A model generated the notes under the pieces. That model was not told where the DNA came from, made no database searches, and was given only the letters and a program-made list of their open reading frames with translations. Shown piece by piece: positions 1 through 15,374 of a DNA stretch of 64,000 nucleotides; the stretch's first letter is position 1; every line of letters starts with the position of its first letter. Origin of the DNA: Ostrea edulis (lineage: Eukaryota); assembly GCF_947568905.1 (NCBI RefSeq), contig NC_079167.1, forward strand, positions 76,074,001 through 76,138,000. Direction: 5' to 3'. A program made the translations under genes and the position numbers.

Positions 1-227
1 AGCCATGTTTTCATATTAATTATCCTAATAAAAACAAATCCTATTGTTGTGTGTTATAATTAAAAGGAAAACAAAACGATGATTTAAAAAAACAGAAAAG
101 AAACTAAGCTAGGAAATCTGAAATGTGTGCGCAAATAAAATATTATATTCCTATCCAAATAAATACTTGTATACTAGTATACGATGCAAGAGAAATGTAA
201 ACAAACACAGGTAAGCGAGTTTAGCGA

Positions 228-334
228 GAACCAATCACGATGTAGTTAACAGCGCTTCTTCGGACACGACAATCGACTAGCCGAAGTTTCAAGGTACAAT
301 GAGCTCTAACGGGTCGTCAATTAGAGCTATATAC
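228..334 (+). promoter_or_regulatory. H4 promoter (CCAAT box and TATA-like box)
   Basis: CCAAT at 231-235 and TATATAC at 328-334; the box is TATATAAA in units 2 and 3. Conserved in all three copies. Confidence 0.65.
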
Positions 335-381
335 ACCAGCAATTTCTCAGTTTGTCAGGTCATTCAGCACTTGTCTATTGA

Positions 382-702
<321 letters not shown>

Positions 703-744
703 ATACTCTATCACCGTTTGTGCATCCCAGCGCAAAAACAAAAC

Positions 745-783
745 GGCCGTTATAACGGCCACCAAATTCTTTGAAAAGACGCC
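745..783 (+). terminator. Histone 3' stem-loop plus downstream element of H4
   Basis: GGCCGT-TATA-ACGGCC at 745-760, then ACCA, then GAAAAGACGCC at 773-783. Confidence 0.85.
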
Positions 784-1837
784 TTTATGAAACGTTATCA
801 AGAGAAACGGTTAACCTGTATTGTACTTTATGTTAACAAATTGGCATACAACTTTTTAAGAAAAGGTATGCAGTTTGTGGTTAACATGTTTCATTTGCAG
901 TTAAAGGATTTCAATTTGATACTTGATTTCTTTTCACATCGAGTCAATAGTCGGACTACACCACAACTTTGTAGGTTTATGTTAACACACAACCAATCGA
1001 TATCTAAGATCATTATTGAGCAGAAAGGCTGACCATGCAAATCCTATACTCTCAATAAATTTACATTGTGACCATTGTAATATATATCACACACACATTT
1101 ATCTAGATGGATTGTTTATTTATCACACAATAACATCAATAATTTGGACACCTTACACATATGAAGGAGACACGAAGACTTAAAAAGCAGCTGATCATTG
1201 TGATAACCCCCGTATTACAAAATATCCCACGTGACGGTATACATAGTACTAATCCGTACTATAGATATTTTAAAATGCATACCATGTAGGCACATGTTAA
1301 ATTATATTGATTATAGATATATATGTTATTGCTTCTTGTCGTCACAAATGTCCTACAAACATGTTTTACTTTTTCTTCTTTTTTTATACAAACTCTTTTA
1401 TTGCTAGGAATGCTGAAATAGCAAACTCAAGACTTTCTATTTGGCAGATTCCTCTGTGGAAGGCAAAGTAAATGTAATAATACGCTTAACATGGGTATCT
1501 AGTTTACCATTTGGTGACAGTTGACTTTCGTATTAACATATGCATTTACTAATTCTGTACATTATAACTGGAAAGTACTTGCAAACCGTGAGATACCGAT
1601 GCGTGGCACACCTACACAATTAACCAATACACAATATGCAGTCGCATGAAAGATGTTGTTCAAACAGTGGATTCATAAAGAAACTACCATTATCAATTCA
1701 CCTATTAAGGGCCTGTTGGGGCATGTGCGTTTTAAAATATAATCTTACACATGCGATTCAACATTTAATATAATATTGGGGGCATGTGCATTTTTAAAAT
1801 ATAATCTTACACATGCGATTCAACATTTAATATAATA

Positions 1838-2100
1838 ATGTAATCAGGTCAACATACTGTGGGTTTTTTTTAACATATTGTGGTGTTTTTTTTTTTGGTT
1901 TTTTTTAATCTTGTCTGTAATCAGTATTTCATATATAATTATATAGATATGTGCAGTGCAGAAGTGTGAACTCTGTCAGTATTACCGGTAGTACTTCTAA
2001 ATGATTGTTATTTATTTTCATTGTTATAATTAATTGCCTGTTAACATGTACATGCCCCCCGAGGGCCCTTGATTGGTGAATAAACTATATCATATCATAT
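1838..2100 (+). mobile_element. 5'-truncated LINE 3' end, unit 1 only
   Basis: Absent at the homologous site ~17878. Ends GAGGGCCCTTGATTGGTGAATAAA plus (CATAT)n tail. ATATAAT on both sides. Similar to 13300-13490. Confidence 0.6.
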
Positions 2101-2790
2101 AATATTGTGTGTATCTGTTTATTCTACATGTTTCTGTTTTCTATCCTTTAAATAGCACCGACTCTTGCTGCCTCTTGTTGATGTATCAGGCGTATTATAT
2201 ATTGCACTAGGGAAAACACACATGTATCAACTGAGTACTGATCAATGCCTACATATGAAACTTAAAATGCCACCAATGAGTGTATTACTCTTTACTGTGT
2301 ATTGTCTTTACTTGTATCAACAATTATATACTTTACATGTTTATGCTCATTTGGGCCCCGAGTTGGTAATACTATTCTATACAATGTAGCTGTCATTTGG
2401 GTGTTGAAGTTTTTGGCTGCAAAATTTCAATGACAGAAAATAAGACTTCGAAACTTTTTTGTTAATATCAATATTTGTATCTAATGCTATATATTCAACA
2501 GAACCAAAATGTTTATTTTGATAACATCTTCATCTTAGTTTCAATTTTATCAATGACTGGTTAAAGTTACAAACAGCTATCACAAAAACTGATGAAATGT
2601 ATGCAGTTGAAAATGAACACAATGAGATATACATTTGTTTGTTTTATTGTGTATTCTGAATGGCTTGTCTTGAATTCTATTTCTATATAGTACAGTGCGT
2701 AGTTTCAACACACATAGTACACTTGTATATGCATATTTTGTAGATATGCAATGTCAACCAATAAACGTTTCTCAATGCGTTGTTATAAAA

Positions 2791-2830
2791 GGCATCTTTT
2801 CGAAAAATTTGTGTGGCCCTGAAAAGGACC
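2791..2830 (-). terminator. H2B stem-loop plus downstream element
   Basis: Minus strand GGTCCT-TTTC-AGGGCC (2830-2815) and GAAAAGATGCC (2801-2791). Confidence 0.85.
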
Positions 2831-2864
2831 GTTTGAGTTTGAGGTTCTCAAGTCCTTGCTGAGT

Positions 2865-3288
<424 letters not shown>

Positions 3289-3532
3289 GTTTACCAGTAA
3301 ACTACGTGTGGAATAAATGGCCGCGCTGATATTTATAATACACGTCGGATAATGGCGGATATAAGCGTATTACGGACCTCCTTGTAAACATTAATTCGTT
3401 CGGTGTGCGCCAAGGTACGAGAAACACGATTGGCTGGCAGTTTACCCCGACTGTGTGTTTAAAAGGGTTGATGTATTGCGTGCGAGGGTTATTCGTTGCT
3501 TTGATTTCGTCAGCGCACCGTATTGAATCAAG

Positions 3533-4027
<495 letters not shown>

Positions 4028-5459
4028 TGAGGATGACAATATTTGCAGTAATTCATACATTTCAAAGCGCAAAATAAATGAAAACCAGAATGAATGCACG
4101 GCATGGGTTGCTATGTATTTGTTGGGGTTGTAATTAATAAGTAAGATTTACAAGAGAGAAGACATAAAAAGCGCTATATAAATTGTCCTCACTCCTTTGG
4201 ACTTCATTGAGAAATCATGGAAATACCAAAATGAAATGAGTTTTTATTTGCATTCTTTTTGTTTTTCTCAACCAGCTCTGTAGTTTGTCAATGAAAGAAT
4301 AAAACGGGTGCTAAAACTTTTGAAATACAGGGCGAGTGATCGTATATCTTCACGTGGTCATTCTTGCTTTTAATTTACATAGACGAAAAGCCACAAAGGA
4401 AATGATTTTGTACCAGTATGAATGTGAGAAATAGAGGTAGACATGGACCTGTCTGACATTAGATAGGGTGATCATGATGTGATGGGGGCAATAAAAAAAA
4501 ATGGAAAGAGAAAATTTTTGGAGACGACAACTAAGAAGCACGGAGATGTAGACGATCCTGGTACATGGATTGTAAATATATCTGCAAACAAAATATCACT
4601 ATCTTGGCCGAATTGTTTTATCTCCGAAATATACTCAATTTATTTATGAATTCACCAATCCTGTTACAGAATATGAGATATATAATGACAATAAACTAAA
4701 TACTAACAGTTCATTTACATATATGTAAATACAAGTATACATGTATATATTTGACATGTACCTGTGATATTAGACTGTATGTATGCAATTTAGTATTGCA
4801 TATTAACATACAATTAAATAGCACTTTACTTTGGGTACGTAATTCAAAACATTCATGTAAAAATTCACACAACCTTCTGACATGAACGACATTGACAGGG
4901 TTGCATAGTACTTTGCAATGGTTTTCCCTTGATATATCATCATCTGAATTGTAGATGTTCAAAGGGTAATATTTCTTTCTTATATCTTTACACATGAAGC
5001 AGTCATATAAAACAAAATGTGTATTTGAAAAATACTGTAGTTTGTCGCCAAATGATGACTTTACTTATAAGCATGAGGAATTCATTTTTCTGTCTGCGAA
5101 CTCACTACTGAATATAATATCTGAACGTACTACTGTCCATTTTTACATCCAGATAACTTGGTTCATATAGATACTAAACATTTGTTTAAAATTTTCTGAA
5201 TACATTCGATCCATGGATTTTCAAAACCTTTTTCTCCGCAAATGGTATGCTCAAATATATATATCGTTTTCATTTGAAACCTTGACGTACGCAGGAAAAC
5301 GCCATCCATATAAACCGAAAACTTTTTAATTTTCGGTGATTACTTTCACATGAACACGTTCGACTGTGTCTAGAAATTTCACACAAGGTGTGATGATAAC
5401 TTTGTCCAACAAGTCAAACGGGTACATGAAATGGTCTAATTCGACTTCTTTCTTTCGTT

Positions 5460-6250
5460 AGAAAATCAAAAAATTAAATAACACAGTTAGAACACTCATT
5501 CGTAGACGAAAACGATTGCATACTATTGCAAAAAGAACTAATGATCTTGGTAAATGGTCGAACTTTAAGAACATTAGAAATCACTGTATTTGCACCGTGC
5601 AAACGCAACGGACAGATACTACACACACGACTGTAATTAGTACTCTTAAATCTCACCTATTCGCGAAACACATACATGTAATAGATAATCCATATTGTGC
5701 CTGTGGAAAAATCGAAACAACAACACACTTTTTACTTGAATGTCTCTCTTCAAAGATATGATGTACGAGATAATAAATTTATTGATCCATTAAGACCAAT
5801 AACTGTAAATATCCTTGTACATGGAGACTTTACTAAAAATTTCTCCTGAAATAAAAATAGTTTCATTATATACATGTGCATCGTTTTATCACCGCATCCA
5901 AAAGATCTGTAGCTTAATCTTATCGAGTTCCGCTTTTATGTGGAGAGTGGTGGAATTTCTTGTTTGGAAGTTATTGTATATTCATTTCTGATGAACTTAA
6001 ATTATAAGATCTCTTCAAATGATGATCTATTTGCTTGTTAGATTTTTTTCTTTCATTTTTCTTTACTTCCTCGTTGTCATTTTTGTCATGTGCAACGAGC
6101 AAATGCACACTTATCATTCAAAGTTTGAAATTCAAGGAAACAGATTAATATAAGTTGTTATACAACTTGATCCCGAATCCTGTGTGCATATGACGTATTG
6201 TGTATATACATATATATTGATTTATTCAAATGAAATAAAGTTTAAACTAA
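5460..6250 (+). mobile_element. Internally deleted LINE remnant (CR1/L2-like); copy at ~21180-21970
   Basis: RTLIRRRKRLHTIAKRTNDLGKWSNFKNIRN (linker region) fused to LKSHLFAKH..NPYCACGKIETTTHFLLEC (C-terminal Cys/His motif). Tail AATAAAGTTTAAACTAA. Confidence 0.7.
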
Positions 6251-6589
6251 TTTTTTTTATCACCCCCCCCCCCCATACCGACGTTTTATCGCCTGCTTAT
6301 AGGATAGACCTGATCGTGATCAACTTTTTAAGATTGTTTTAATTTGAAACCTTTTTGTTTTATCGAAACCTTTTAAACAAATAGAGCTATTACTATTTAA
6401 CAGAAAAGTGTAGGCACATCGTAAACATGTCCTGAAATCTTTCCCGAGTTTGGATCATGTGTCACCTTCTGAAACTTCGTTTGACAATATAGCACCTAAA
6501 TTTATCATTTCTTTTACATTTTTAATGTTATGTGTGTATTGTGTGCAGCTCAATAAAGTGAATTGATCCCTACTCACAAAGTAGCGTAA

Positions 6590-6592
<3 letters not shown>

Positions 6593-6647
<55 letters not shown>
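6593..6647. repeat. (CT)n microsatellite; counterpart at ~22303-22359
   Basis: Direct reading. Confidence 0.95.
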
Positions 6648-6649
<2 letters not shown>

Positions 6650-6939
6650 TATATTATATATATTATATTTATAGTGGAAAGTATCTAATCACTCTTACGA
6701 TAACCTCGTAGTATAGCACTTACAACTTACATAATAATTGGAAGAAAAGAAAACAAACAACAAACAAACAGTTTAATTACACTTCATTTAAAATCAAAAC
6801 ATCAAGATTGATCATTTGTACATTTCATCTGTGTAATTTTTATTGAATACAGGCATTATTTATAAAAGGTATGAGTTGAAATGAATATGTAAACAAGGAT
6901 TAACGTTTTTCTTTTAAATCATAAATCAAAGCATAACTA

Positions 6940-7080
6940 ACTAACTATATTTATTTCCAATCAAGGGCCCTCAAGAGGCAGCATGAAAATACATACAAAT
7001 AATGTACATATACATATACAAGTAAAGAAAGAAGTGATTACATAACACATAGTTATATACAAATACAGTGTCATATATCT
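6940..7080 (-). mobile_element. LINE 3' end, same family as 16905-17401
   Basis: Reverse complement matches 17270-17401, including GAGGGCCCTTGATTGGAAATAAATATAGTTAGTT. Confidence 0.7.
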
Positions 7081-7698
7081 TATGATGTGTTGTATATATT
7101 TCTGTTGTAAAGTAAATAGATCAGGATTTCTTTAAGGCATGTGCTTGTGTGTGTGTTCTTAATATTGTGTAAGCCCATTCCAAATCGTTCTACCGCTCGT
7201 TTTTGATACCCGATGTGTACGACCCTCGGATGTTTTTCAAAAATTCTGACCGACATGATGTTTTCTACAGCAAAAGGAAAACGAGTGTGCCTTCTTTCGG
7301 GCTTTGAAAGGAAATCAAGCAACAATGGTATTTGTTATCGGCCACTGTAAAACAATTACCAAAGTTTAATGAATGAACGGACTTGCAAATCGACGGTTAA
7401 GGTGTCTATATTTCTGGATTTTGACTGCTGTAGTTTGGCAAAGCCCAATATGTAAGTAAATAGAATGACACGGGGAAATGTAAACCAGGGGGTTCCCATA
7501 ACATATCCGGCGGATATTCCATTGTTGAAGCGCAACTCGAATGCAAAGACTAACACCAAAGCACATAGTAACACAATACACATACCGATCGACTCAAACA
7601 GATTGGATGTTTTCAAGGAGGTCCGCGCTCGAAGTAAACAAAAACAGTGAGTGCGTTGCGATCGACTATTATTTACCGTTCTCGCATCGTTCGAAAAC

Positions 7699-8229
7699 AT
7701 GGCAGATACCGCAGCTCCCGCGAAAAAGGTTTCCAAGCCCAAGGTGCCTGCAGCGCACCCAAAATACATCGACATGATCAAGGCTGCCCTCGGGTCACTG
7801 AAAGAGTGTGGTGGATCTTCTAGACAAGCCATTCTTAAGCACCTGATGGCCAATTATAAAGTGGGCAATGACGTCAACTCCATCAATGCCCACCTCAAAA
7901 TGGCCCTTAAGAATGGAGTCAAAAAGGGTGCTTTGAAGCAAGCCAAGGGTAAAGGTGCCAGCGGCTCCTTCAAGCTTGGAGATAAGCCCAAGGCTGAGCA
8001 GAAGCCTAAAGCCAAGAAAGTAGCCAAACCAAAGGCTGCCAAACCTAAGAAGGCTGCTGCTGCCAAGCCCAAGAAGGCGACCGTAGAGAAAAAAGTGAAG
8101 AAGACGCCAAAGAAACCAGCCGCACCCAAGAAGGCCAAGACTCCCAAGAAGAAGGCGGCAGTCAAGTCCCCCAAGAAGCCCGCCGCCATAAAATCCAAAA
8201 CCCCCAAGAAGGCCGTCGCCAAGAAATAA
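7699..8229 (+). CDS. H1: Linker histone H1, 176 aa
   Basis: MADTAAPAKK, globular domain HPKYIDMIKAAL...GASGSFKL, Lys/Ala/Pro-rich tail. True ATG at 7699. Has ECGG where unit 2 has ERGG, and lacks an 11-aa tail segment. Confidence 0.93.
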   Translation: MADTAAPAKKVSKPKVPAAHPKYIDMIKAALGSLKECGGSSRQAILKHLMANYKVGNDVNSINAHLKMALKNGVKKGALKQAKGKGASGSFKLGDKPKAEQKPKAKKVAKPKAAKPKKAAAAKPKKATVEKKVKKTPKKPAAPKKAKTPKKKAAVKSPKKPAAIKSKTPKKAVAKK

Positions 8230-8276
8230 GCAGTCTTTGCAATCTTCCTGCACCGAGTGTTTACTCGCAAAACAAA

Positions 8277-8316
8277 AGCTCTTTTTAGGGCTACCAACAT
8301 TTTTAGAAAAGATGCT
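8277..8316 (+). terminator. H1 stem-loop plus downstream element
   Basis: AGCTCT-TTTT-AGGGCT at 8277-8292, ACCA, GAAAAGATGCT at 8306-8316. Confidence 0.8.
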
Positions 8317-9524
8317 GTTCTTACACGTGTGAGAGAAATGCGTTTCTACATCATTGAAGTGAATACTGATGCAAGCTGTTTTAACGTTTTCATACTTTGA
8401 TTTACATGTTCCGCATGCCATTCAGTTAAAAGAGGGGGAGAGGAAACTAACCCACGCTTTTACAAACAATATGACATTTTTTATCAGATTTTAATATTAG
8501 CTGTAGGGTAAGAAATAAGATGGAGACCGATGAATTATGACAACATATAGTACAGTACCTGCATCATTGAGTCCTCATTCGTTTGAGTAAAGCTAGTTGA
8601 ATTGAAACATTCATATATATGCATTTCCTATACATCCAATGGCTTGATTGTTTTCATTCGGTTTATTGTCCGATAAGAAAACAAAAATTAAAGTATCATC
8701 CGTGGACTTTTATTTCAGTACTTGATTTGTATACAGTCCCGGTTTGGCAGGACTACACATAATTCACTCTCATAATGCAATGTTTCATGTGTGTAACAAT
8801 GTTTTCAGACTTTAGTCAACGAGAAATGTCTGGTCGGTGTCTAAAAGTGAAAAAATGGGGTTATTTCTTTGTTAGGAACAGAGTGACGATACATCACCTC
8901 TAAGAGTAAGTTGTAATTCTCGCACGTCTAATGTAGTCTTCAAAATGAAATAAGGATTCACACATTTTAAACAGTTCTCCATTGTCCAGAGACTCGCTCA
9001 CTTCATGTGTACATCAACTTCATAGCCTCAATGTTGTTCAAGATTTATATAGGAGTGATTTTTGTTGGGATATAACAGAGTAGTCTAGGATTCTGGAATG
9101 ATTTGGGATCTTGAAATTTACAAAGTTGTCCGAAAAAGTCATTAGTCACAACTAACTAGTACTAATAACATCAAATCGTATGCCAATGATGTTAGTCACA
9201 ACTATTATTAAGTGAAAACAAACAAAAATTTAATGACTTCTTTTTATTGGGTGTTTCTTGAATTCCAAGAATTATGATTATTCTAGTAAGAATGCAATGT
9301 CATATATCTAGGTGACTTCATCTCTATCCAAATGTATTTGAGGTCTGCTTTTGTCATATAACTATTTTGCAACCTCTTTGTTAAACGTTCAGGTTACAAA
9401 TTTGATAATCATTGGTTTAAACTATATTTATTTGTATCAGTGCAAAATATACAAACAGGTGAAAAAGGAAGACTTTAAAACAAAGTTCTATGAATGAATG
9501 AATGTATGTACATGTATACGTACG

Positions 9525-9663
9525 TACATGTACTAAGAACTTTGGGAATCTGAGATATTTCAATTGCACATGATAAATATACAAAATTTAGTATTAATAT
9601 TGAATTATGTATATTGATGTGCTATTGAAATATCCCAGATTCCCAAAGTTCATAGTACATGTA
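9525..9663. repeat. 47-bp-arm inverted repeat (hairpin or MITE-like)
   Basis: 9525-9571 is the reverse complement of 9617-9663 with 3 mismatches; 45-nt loop. Confidence 0.85.
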
Positions 9664-10307
9664 GATATTAATACTTATGGTAGAAAATTGCCAGTCTGAT
9701 CGACTGGGCACAAGGCACTGTCCATTGGTACCCTCTGCATTCAGGACAGCATTTTATACTGTTTCACTTTTACTTCCCACATTGCATCCTTGTTGTGCTG
9801 TGCATTTTCATTCTATGTTGTTATGAGCCAATTTCAGATCAATGTTAATATAGAAATCCTTTACATATGTATGTGTATGCAATCATGTATGTGTATATAC
9901 ATGTATATGTACGGTGTGTGTATCTATAAGTATATGGTATCATGTGTTTATAATGAATATAATAAAATTGTGTATGCTCACTGAGGGTCCAAGTACTGGT
10001 GAATAAATAAATAAATAAATGTATCTACTTTTAAATGTTTTTAACATTTACTTGTCTTTCCAGACTTTTGTATCCACAAATAATGTTTACAATTGTACCC
10101 TGAAATCCCTTGTAACACCCCATCCCCTTCTCTGTTTTTCTTTTTTTACAAGTTTATGAATTCTGTGCAAAATGTGGATTGAAATGTCCCAAGTCAAGAC
10201 CAATCAACGCTGCATACCAGTGGCTAATCGCAGAGTGTCTTTCTGAACCGCTTAACCAATGACAAGTGTCGTAAGATATGAGAGCGCCGATTTCGATTTG
10301 CTTATAA

Positions 10308-10769
<462 letters not shown>

Positions 10770-10797
10770 TTTCACTCGTGTGACACACAAAACAAAC

Positions 10798-10837
10798 GGC
10801 CGTTTTCACGGCCACCTAATTCTTTCGAAAAGATGCC
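10798..10837 (+). terminator. H3 stem-loop plus downstream element
   Basis: GGCCGT-TTTC-ACGGCC at 10798-10813 and GAAAAGATGCC at 10827-10837. Confidence 0.85.
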
Positions 10838-10956
10838 TTCATATTGCTCTTGATCAAGAAACTTGTCGTGAATAAAGTATGACTGAATGACATGCATAAC
10901 CCTACATCCACACACTACTTTACCTAAATCTGGTAAAATAAGAAAACGTTTTAACG

Positions 10957-12753
10957 AGGTGGGTGTAAATGTAGTCTGGGACATATGTCCCGCGATGTTT
11001 GATATTCGCCGATTTAACGTTTTATGTTAGTTTTTCTTTAAATATCTTACTAAATGTGTTTTAAGACAATCACCAAGTGTCTTCATTGTGAATTTGATGT
11101 ATGAAAATTCCCTAATTATTTGATAAATGACTTATTTATTCTTTTGGGTGTAAAAGTAGTCCCGAAAATATTACGAAGAAAACGCATTTCCGGTTTTTGT
11201 TTTCGCCTTGTTTATGCACAAAACATTTATAACCTTTACGTATTGTGTCCTGTTGATAATCATAAGACACCCTTATTTCTAGTTATTTTGTCTGATTAAA
11301 CAAATTAATCTGATAAACGGTTTTTAAACCCATTTTTCCCTCGGGACATCGCAGCTAAATTGGGATATTAATTTAAAAACGGGACTGAGATGAAAACATT
11401 AAATCCGCATTCAGGTAAGGGCTGGTAATAAGGCGGTATTTATCATTAATATTTATAATATAATATATCACTTCGTTACAAACTCAAAATAATCTAGCAA
11501 CAATGCTAATGTACATGTATTTCATAGAAGTTAAATGTAATGTAATTTATATATAATATCGTGGAAGGATCAATAATTGAACAGCTATTGCATGGGGGTT
11601 GTTGGCCGTAAGTTAATAAGACATGTAAAGAATGTCTAATTTAATTACGTTGTCCAGTTCTTGCTACATATAACTGGAAAATCAACAAGTATATTGTTCA
11701 CACCTTTTAATTTTCAATATTGGTGGGGGGAAATTCGGCACCCAATCACGTTAAAGAATTTGGCCATTCAATTTCATTGCTCACCATTTTCATATGTGTG
11801 TATCTGTATTATAATTGATTTTGGTTGATTTAGAGAAATGGTCGTCGCCAACCTTTGTCTACCAAAGTAAAACAGGGTTATCAATTTATTTCTCATCGTT
11901 AAATCATGTGCGCGCTTCTGCATTTGAATAATTATTTTAGATGATCATTAATCTTGATAGCAGCTCTCATTTAATGTCAATAATTAGTAAAACCATGTAT
12001 ATTGATTAATAGTAATGCTAGAATTTAGTATTTAACTTACACACTTTTAATAATATTGAAGAGAAAATTTCAAATATTTATATTCATATTCGCTTCAAAA
12101 TGATACATGTAAATATATTCCATAGAGAGGACAGCTGAATATTCAACAAGACATATCTTTTCATTATTTATTGACATATTATTACTGATAATATTTTGAA
12201 TATACCAATTATAATCAAACTTTCTTACTAAACGTACTCTTTAAAACACTTGCCTAGCTATTCATAAAACGGGTTCAAACTGTCACTTTGTTCCGGTTTT
12301 ATTTTTACACTCTTTCGTATCGGATCAACCATCGAAGCGATGTCCCATAGAAAGAAGGACGAGCATTCATGTAACAAGTGGAATATTTAATAAATCTTTT
12401 TGTTGTGATATAAAACAATATCCAAGCAAAATCAACAGTCAAATAAAACACATTAAAACTTTATGTTAATTATGAACAAGGCAGAAAACAAAAACCGGAA
12501 ATGCGTTTTCTTCGTAAAATTTTCGGGACTACTTTTACACCCAAAAGAATAAATAAAAGTCATTTATTAAATAATTAGGCAATTTCCATACACCAAATTC
12601 ACAATGAAGACTCTTGGTGGTCGTCTTAAAACACATTTAGTAAGATATTTAAAGAAAAACTAACATAAAACGTTAAATCGGCGAATATCAATATTGGACC
12701 ACGCGGGACATATGTCCCAGGACACATGTCCCGGACTACATTTACACCCACCC
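10957..12753. mobile_element. Non-autonomous Mutator-like (MULE) DNA element, unit 1 only
   Basis: ~270-bp TIRs (GGTGGGTGTAAATGTAGTC...). 9-10-bp TSD (C)GTTTTAACG at 10948-10956 and 12754-12762. Empty site at 25089-25097. Confidence 0.85.
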
Positions 12754-13518
12754 GTTTTAACGCAAGTTCAGTAATGAAACTTTAAATGCTGTGAACACGT
12801 ACAGCTATATAAGTGTCAAAACAGTAGTCTACATTGCAAAGCATCAATTGTATAGATAACAATTTAACAAATGCACATTGAAAATCCTTGTCAGCAGGGA
12901 AGTACACAACAAACTATACAAACCTAGAGAATAGCTGTATAGAACGTACTAAGAACGCATACATAGAGAAATCGGTAGTCTGTAGTACACACTAAAACAG
13001 CCTACCTTAATTCTAGAAGGGTCAGATGCTGCGGTATTTCATTCAACCAACTCGGGGCTTTTGAGGGCATGTAAAGCATGCATTAATAAGAGAAAGGGGT
13101 TCAAATAATAGCTAGCATCAACATCGCACGGAGAAATTCTATAACAACAAAATATATAAATAAAAACCCAGATGTAGAAATATGTAGACGTTAGGGGGGT
13201 CATGATTATTCTGAGAGGTCAATGAAATCTACACTTCGTATTACATTCTTGCGTATATAATCACAGAACGTCGTATATTTCATTATGTTAATATTCAAAT
13301 CTTGTCTGAAATCAGTATTACACGTGTAACATCGTGTTAAATGTGTGCAGTGCAGAAATGTGAACTCTGACAGTAATAATATATTTCCATGATTGTTATT
13401 TATTTATATTGCTGTAATTAATTACTAGTTAATCTGTACACCCCACCCCCTTGAGGGCCCTTAATTGATGAATTAACATACGTCATAACGTATTATATCA
13501 GGAGACCATACATACAGT

Positions 13519-13596
13519 GGAGTTAATCATATGTACTTATACTACCTTTACTATTATTACATGTAGAGTTGTTATGTACATGTATATATATAGACA

Positions 13597-13643
<47 letters not shown>

Positions 13644-13887
13644 CCCCTATGTGTATTTCTGACTGTTTTGCATTAGGATACACGGTGGTACTTACATATA
13701 TACAAATAAGTATTATCATGTTCAAATGTCTCATGTATGAACATTGCTCATACTAATAGTGCATATTTTACTCTTCTTTTGTTTTGTTTTTCTTTTTATC
13801 GTCATTGCACATTGAAATGTTAACAATCATGTATGCTGTATGCCCGAGAGGGCCCTAATTTGGAAATAAATCATATTCTATTCTATG
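13519..13887 (+). mobile_element. 370-bp 5'-truncated LINE 3' end with TSD, unit 1 only
   Basis: CATACAGT at 13511-13518 and 13888-13895. Empty site at ~28223-28230. Reverse complement of 25602-25947. Contains (TA)n. Confidence 0.85.
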
Positions 13888-14468
13888 CATACAGTCTAAC
13901 AAAGGGCTTGAATTTATCATTGTTTTACTTTTCTTTTTCAACTTGCACAGATATATTTCTTATTTTAAACATGTTGAGTAGAAATTTGCTTAGCTTGATT
14001 AATAATGGATTATCTTCATTATTTACTTTTTCTCCCCCCCCCCTTTTTTTTTTTTTTGATATAGTATAGTAAACTTTCACAGTTGTGAGCCATGTTTTCA
14101 TATTAATTACCCTAATAAAAACAAATCCTATTGTTGTGTGTTATAATTAAAAGGAAAACAAAACGATGATTTAAAATAAACAGAAAAGAAACTAAGCTAG
14201 GAAATCTCAAATGTGTGCGCAGATAAAATATTATATTCCTATCCAAATAAATACTTGTATACTAGTATACGATGCAAGAGAAATGTAAACAAACACAGGT
14301 AAGCGCGTTTAGCGAGAACCAATCACGATGTAGTTAACAGCGCTTCTTCGGACACGACAATTGACTAGCCAAAGTTTCAAGGTACAATGAGCTCTAACGG
14401 GTCGTCAATTAGGGCTATATAAACCAGCAATTCTCAGTTTGTCAGGTCATTCAGCACTTGTCTATTGA

Positions 14469-14789
<321 letters not shown>

Positions 14790-15374
14790 ATACTCTATCA
14801 CCGTTTGTGCATCCCAGCGCAAAAACAAAACGGCCGTTATAACGGCCACCAAATTCTTTGAAAAGACGCCTTTATGAAACGTTATCAAGAGAAACGGTTA
14901 CCCTGTATTGTACTTTTTGTTAGCAAATTGGCATACAACTTTTTAAGAAAAGGTATGCAGTTTGTGGTTAACATGTTTCATTTGAAGTTAAGGGATTTCA
15001 ATTTGATACTTGATTTCTTTTCATATCAAGTCAATAGTCGGACTACACCACAACTTTGTAGGTTTATGTTAACAAACAACCAATCGATATCTAAGATCAT
15101 TATTGAGCAGAAAGGCTGACCATGCAAATCCTATACTCTCAATAAATTTACATTGTGACCATTGTAATATATATCACACATTTATCTAGATGGATTGTTT
15201 ATTTATCACACAATAACCTAAATGGACACTTTACACATATGAAGGAGACAAAACGAAGACTTAAAAAGCAGCTGATCATTGTCACTTTTGTGATAACCCC
15301 CGTATTACAAAATATCCCACGTGACGGTATACAAAGTACTAATCGGTACTATAGATATTTTAAAATGCACTTAA

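Noticed and set aside
5985-6000. Other CTGATGA/CTGAAGA heptamers (e.g. ~2590, ~5988, ~17113, ~48083) as hammerheads
   Set aside because: No stem II-GAAA-stem III-NUH arrangement follows them.
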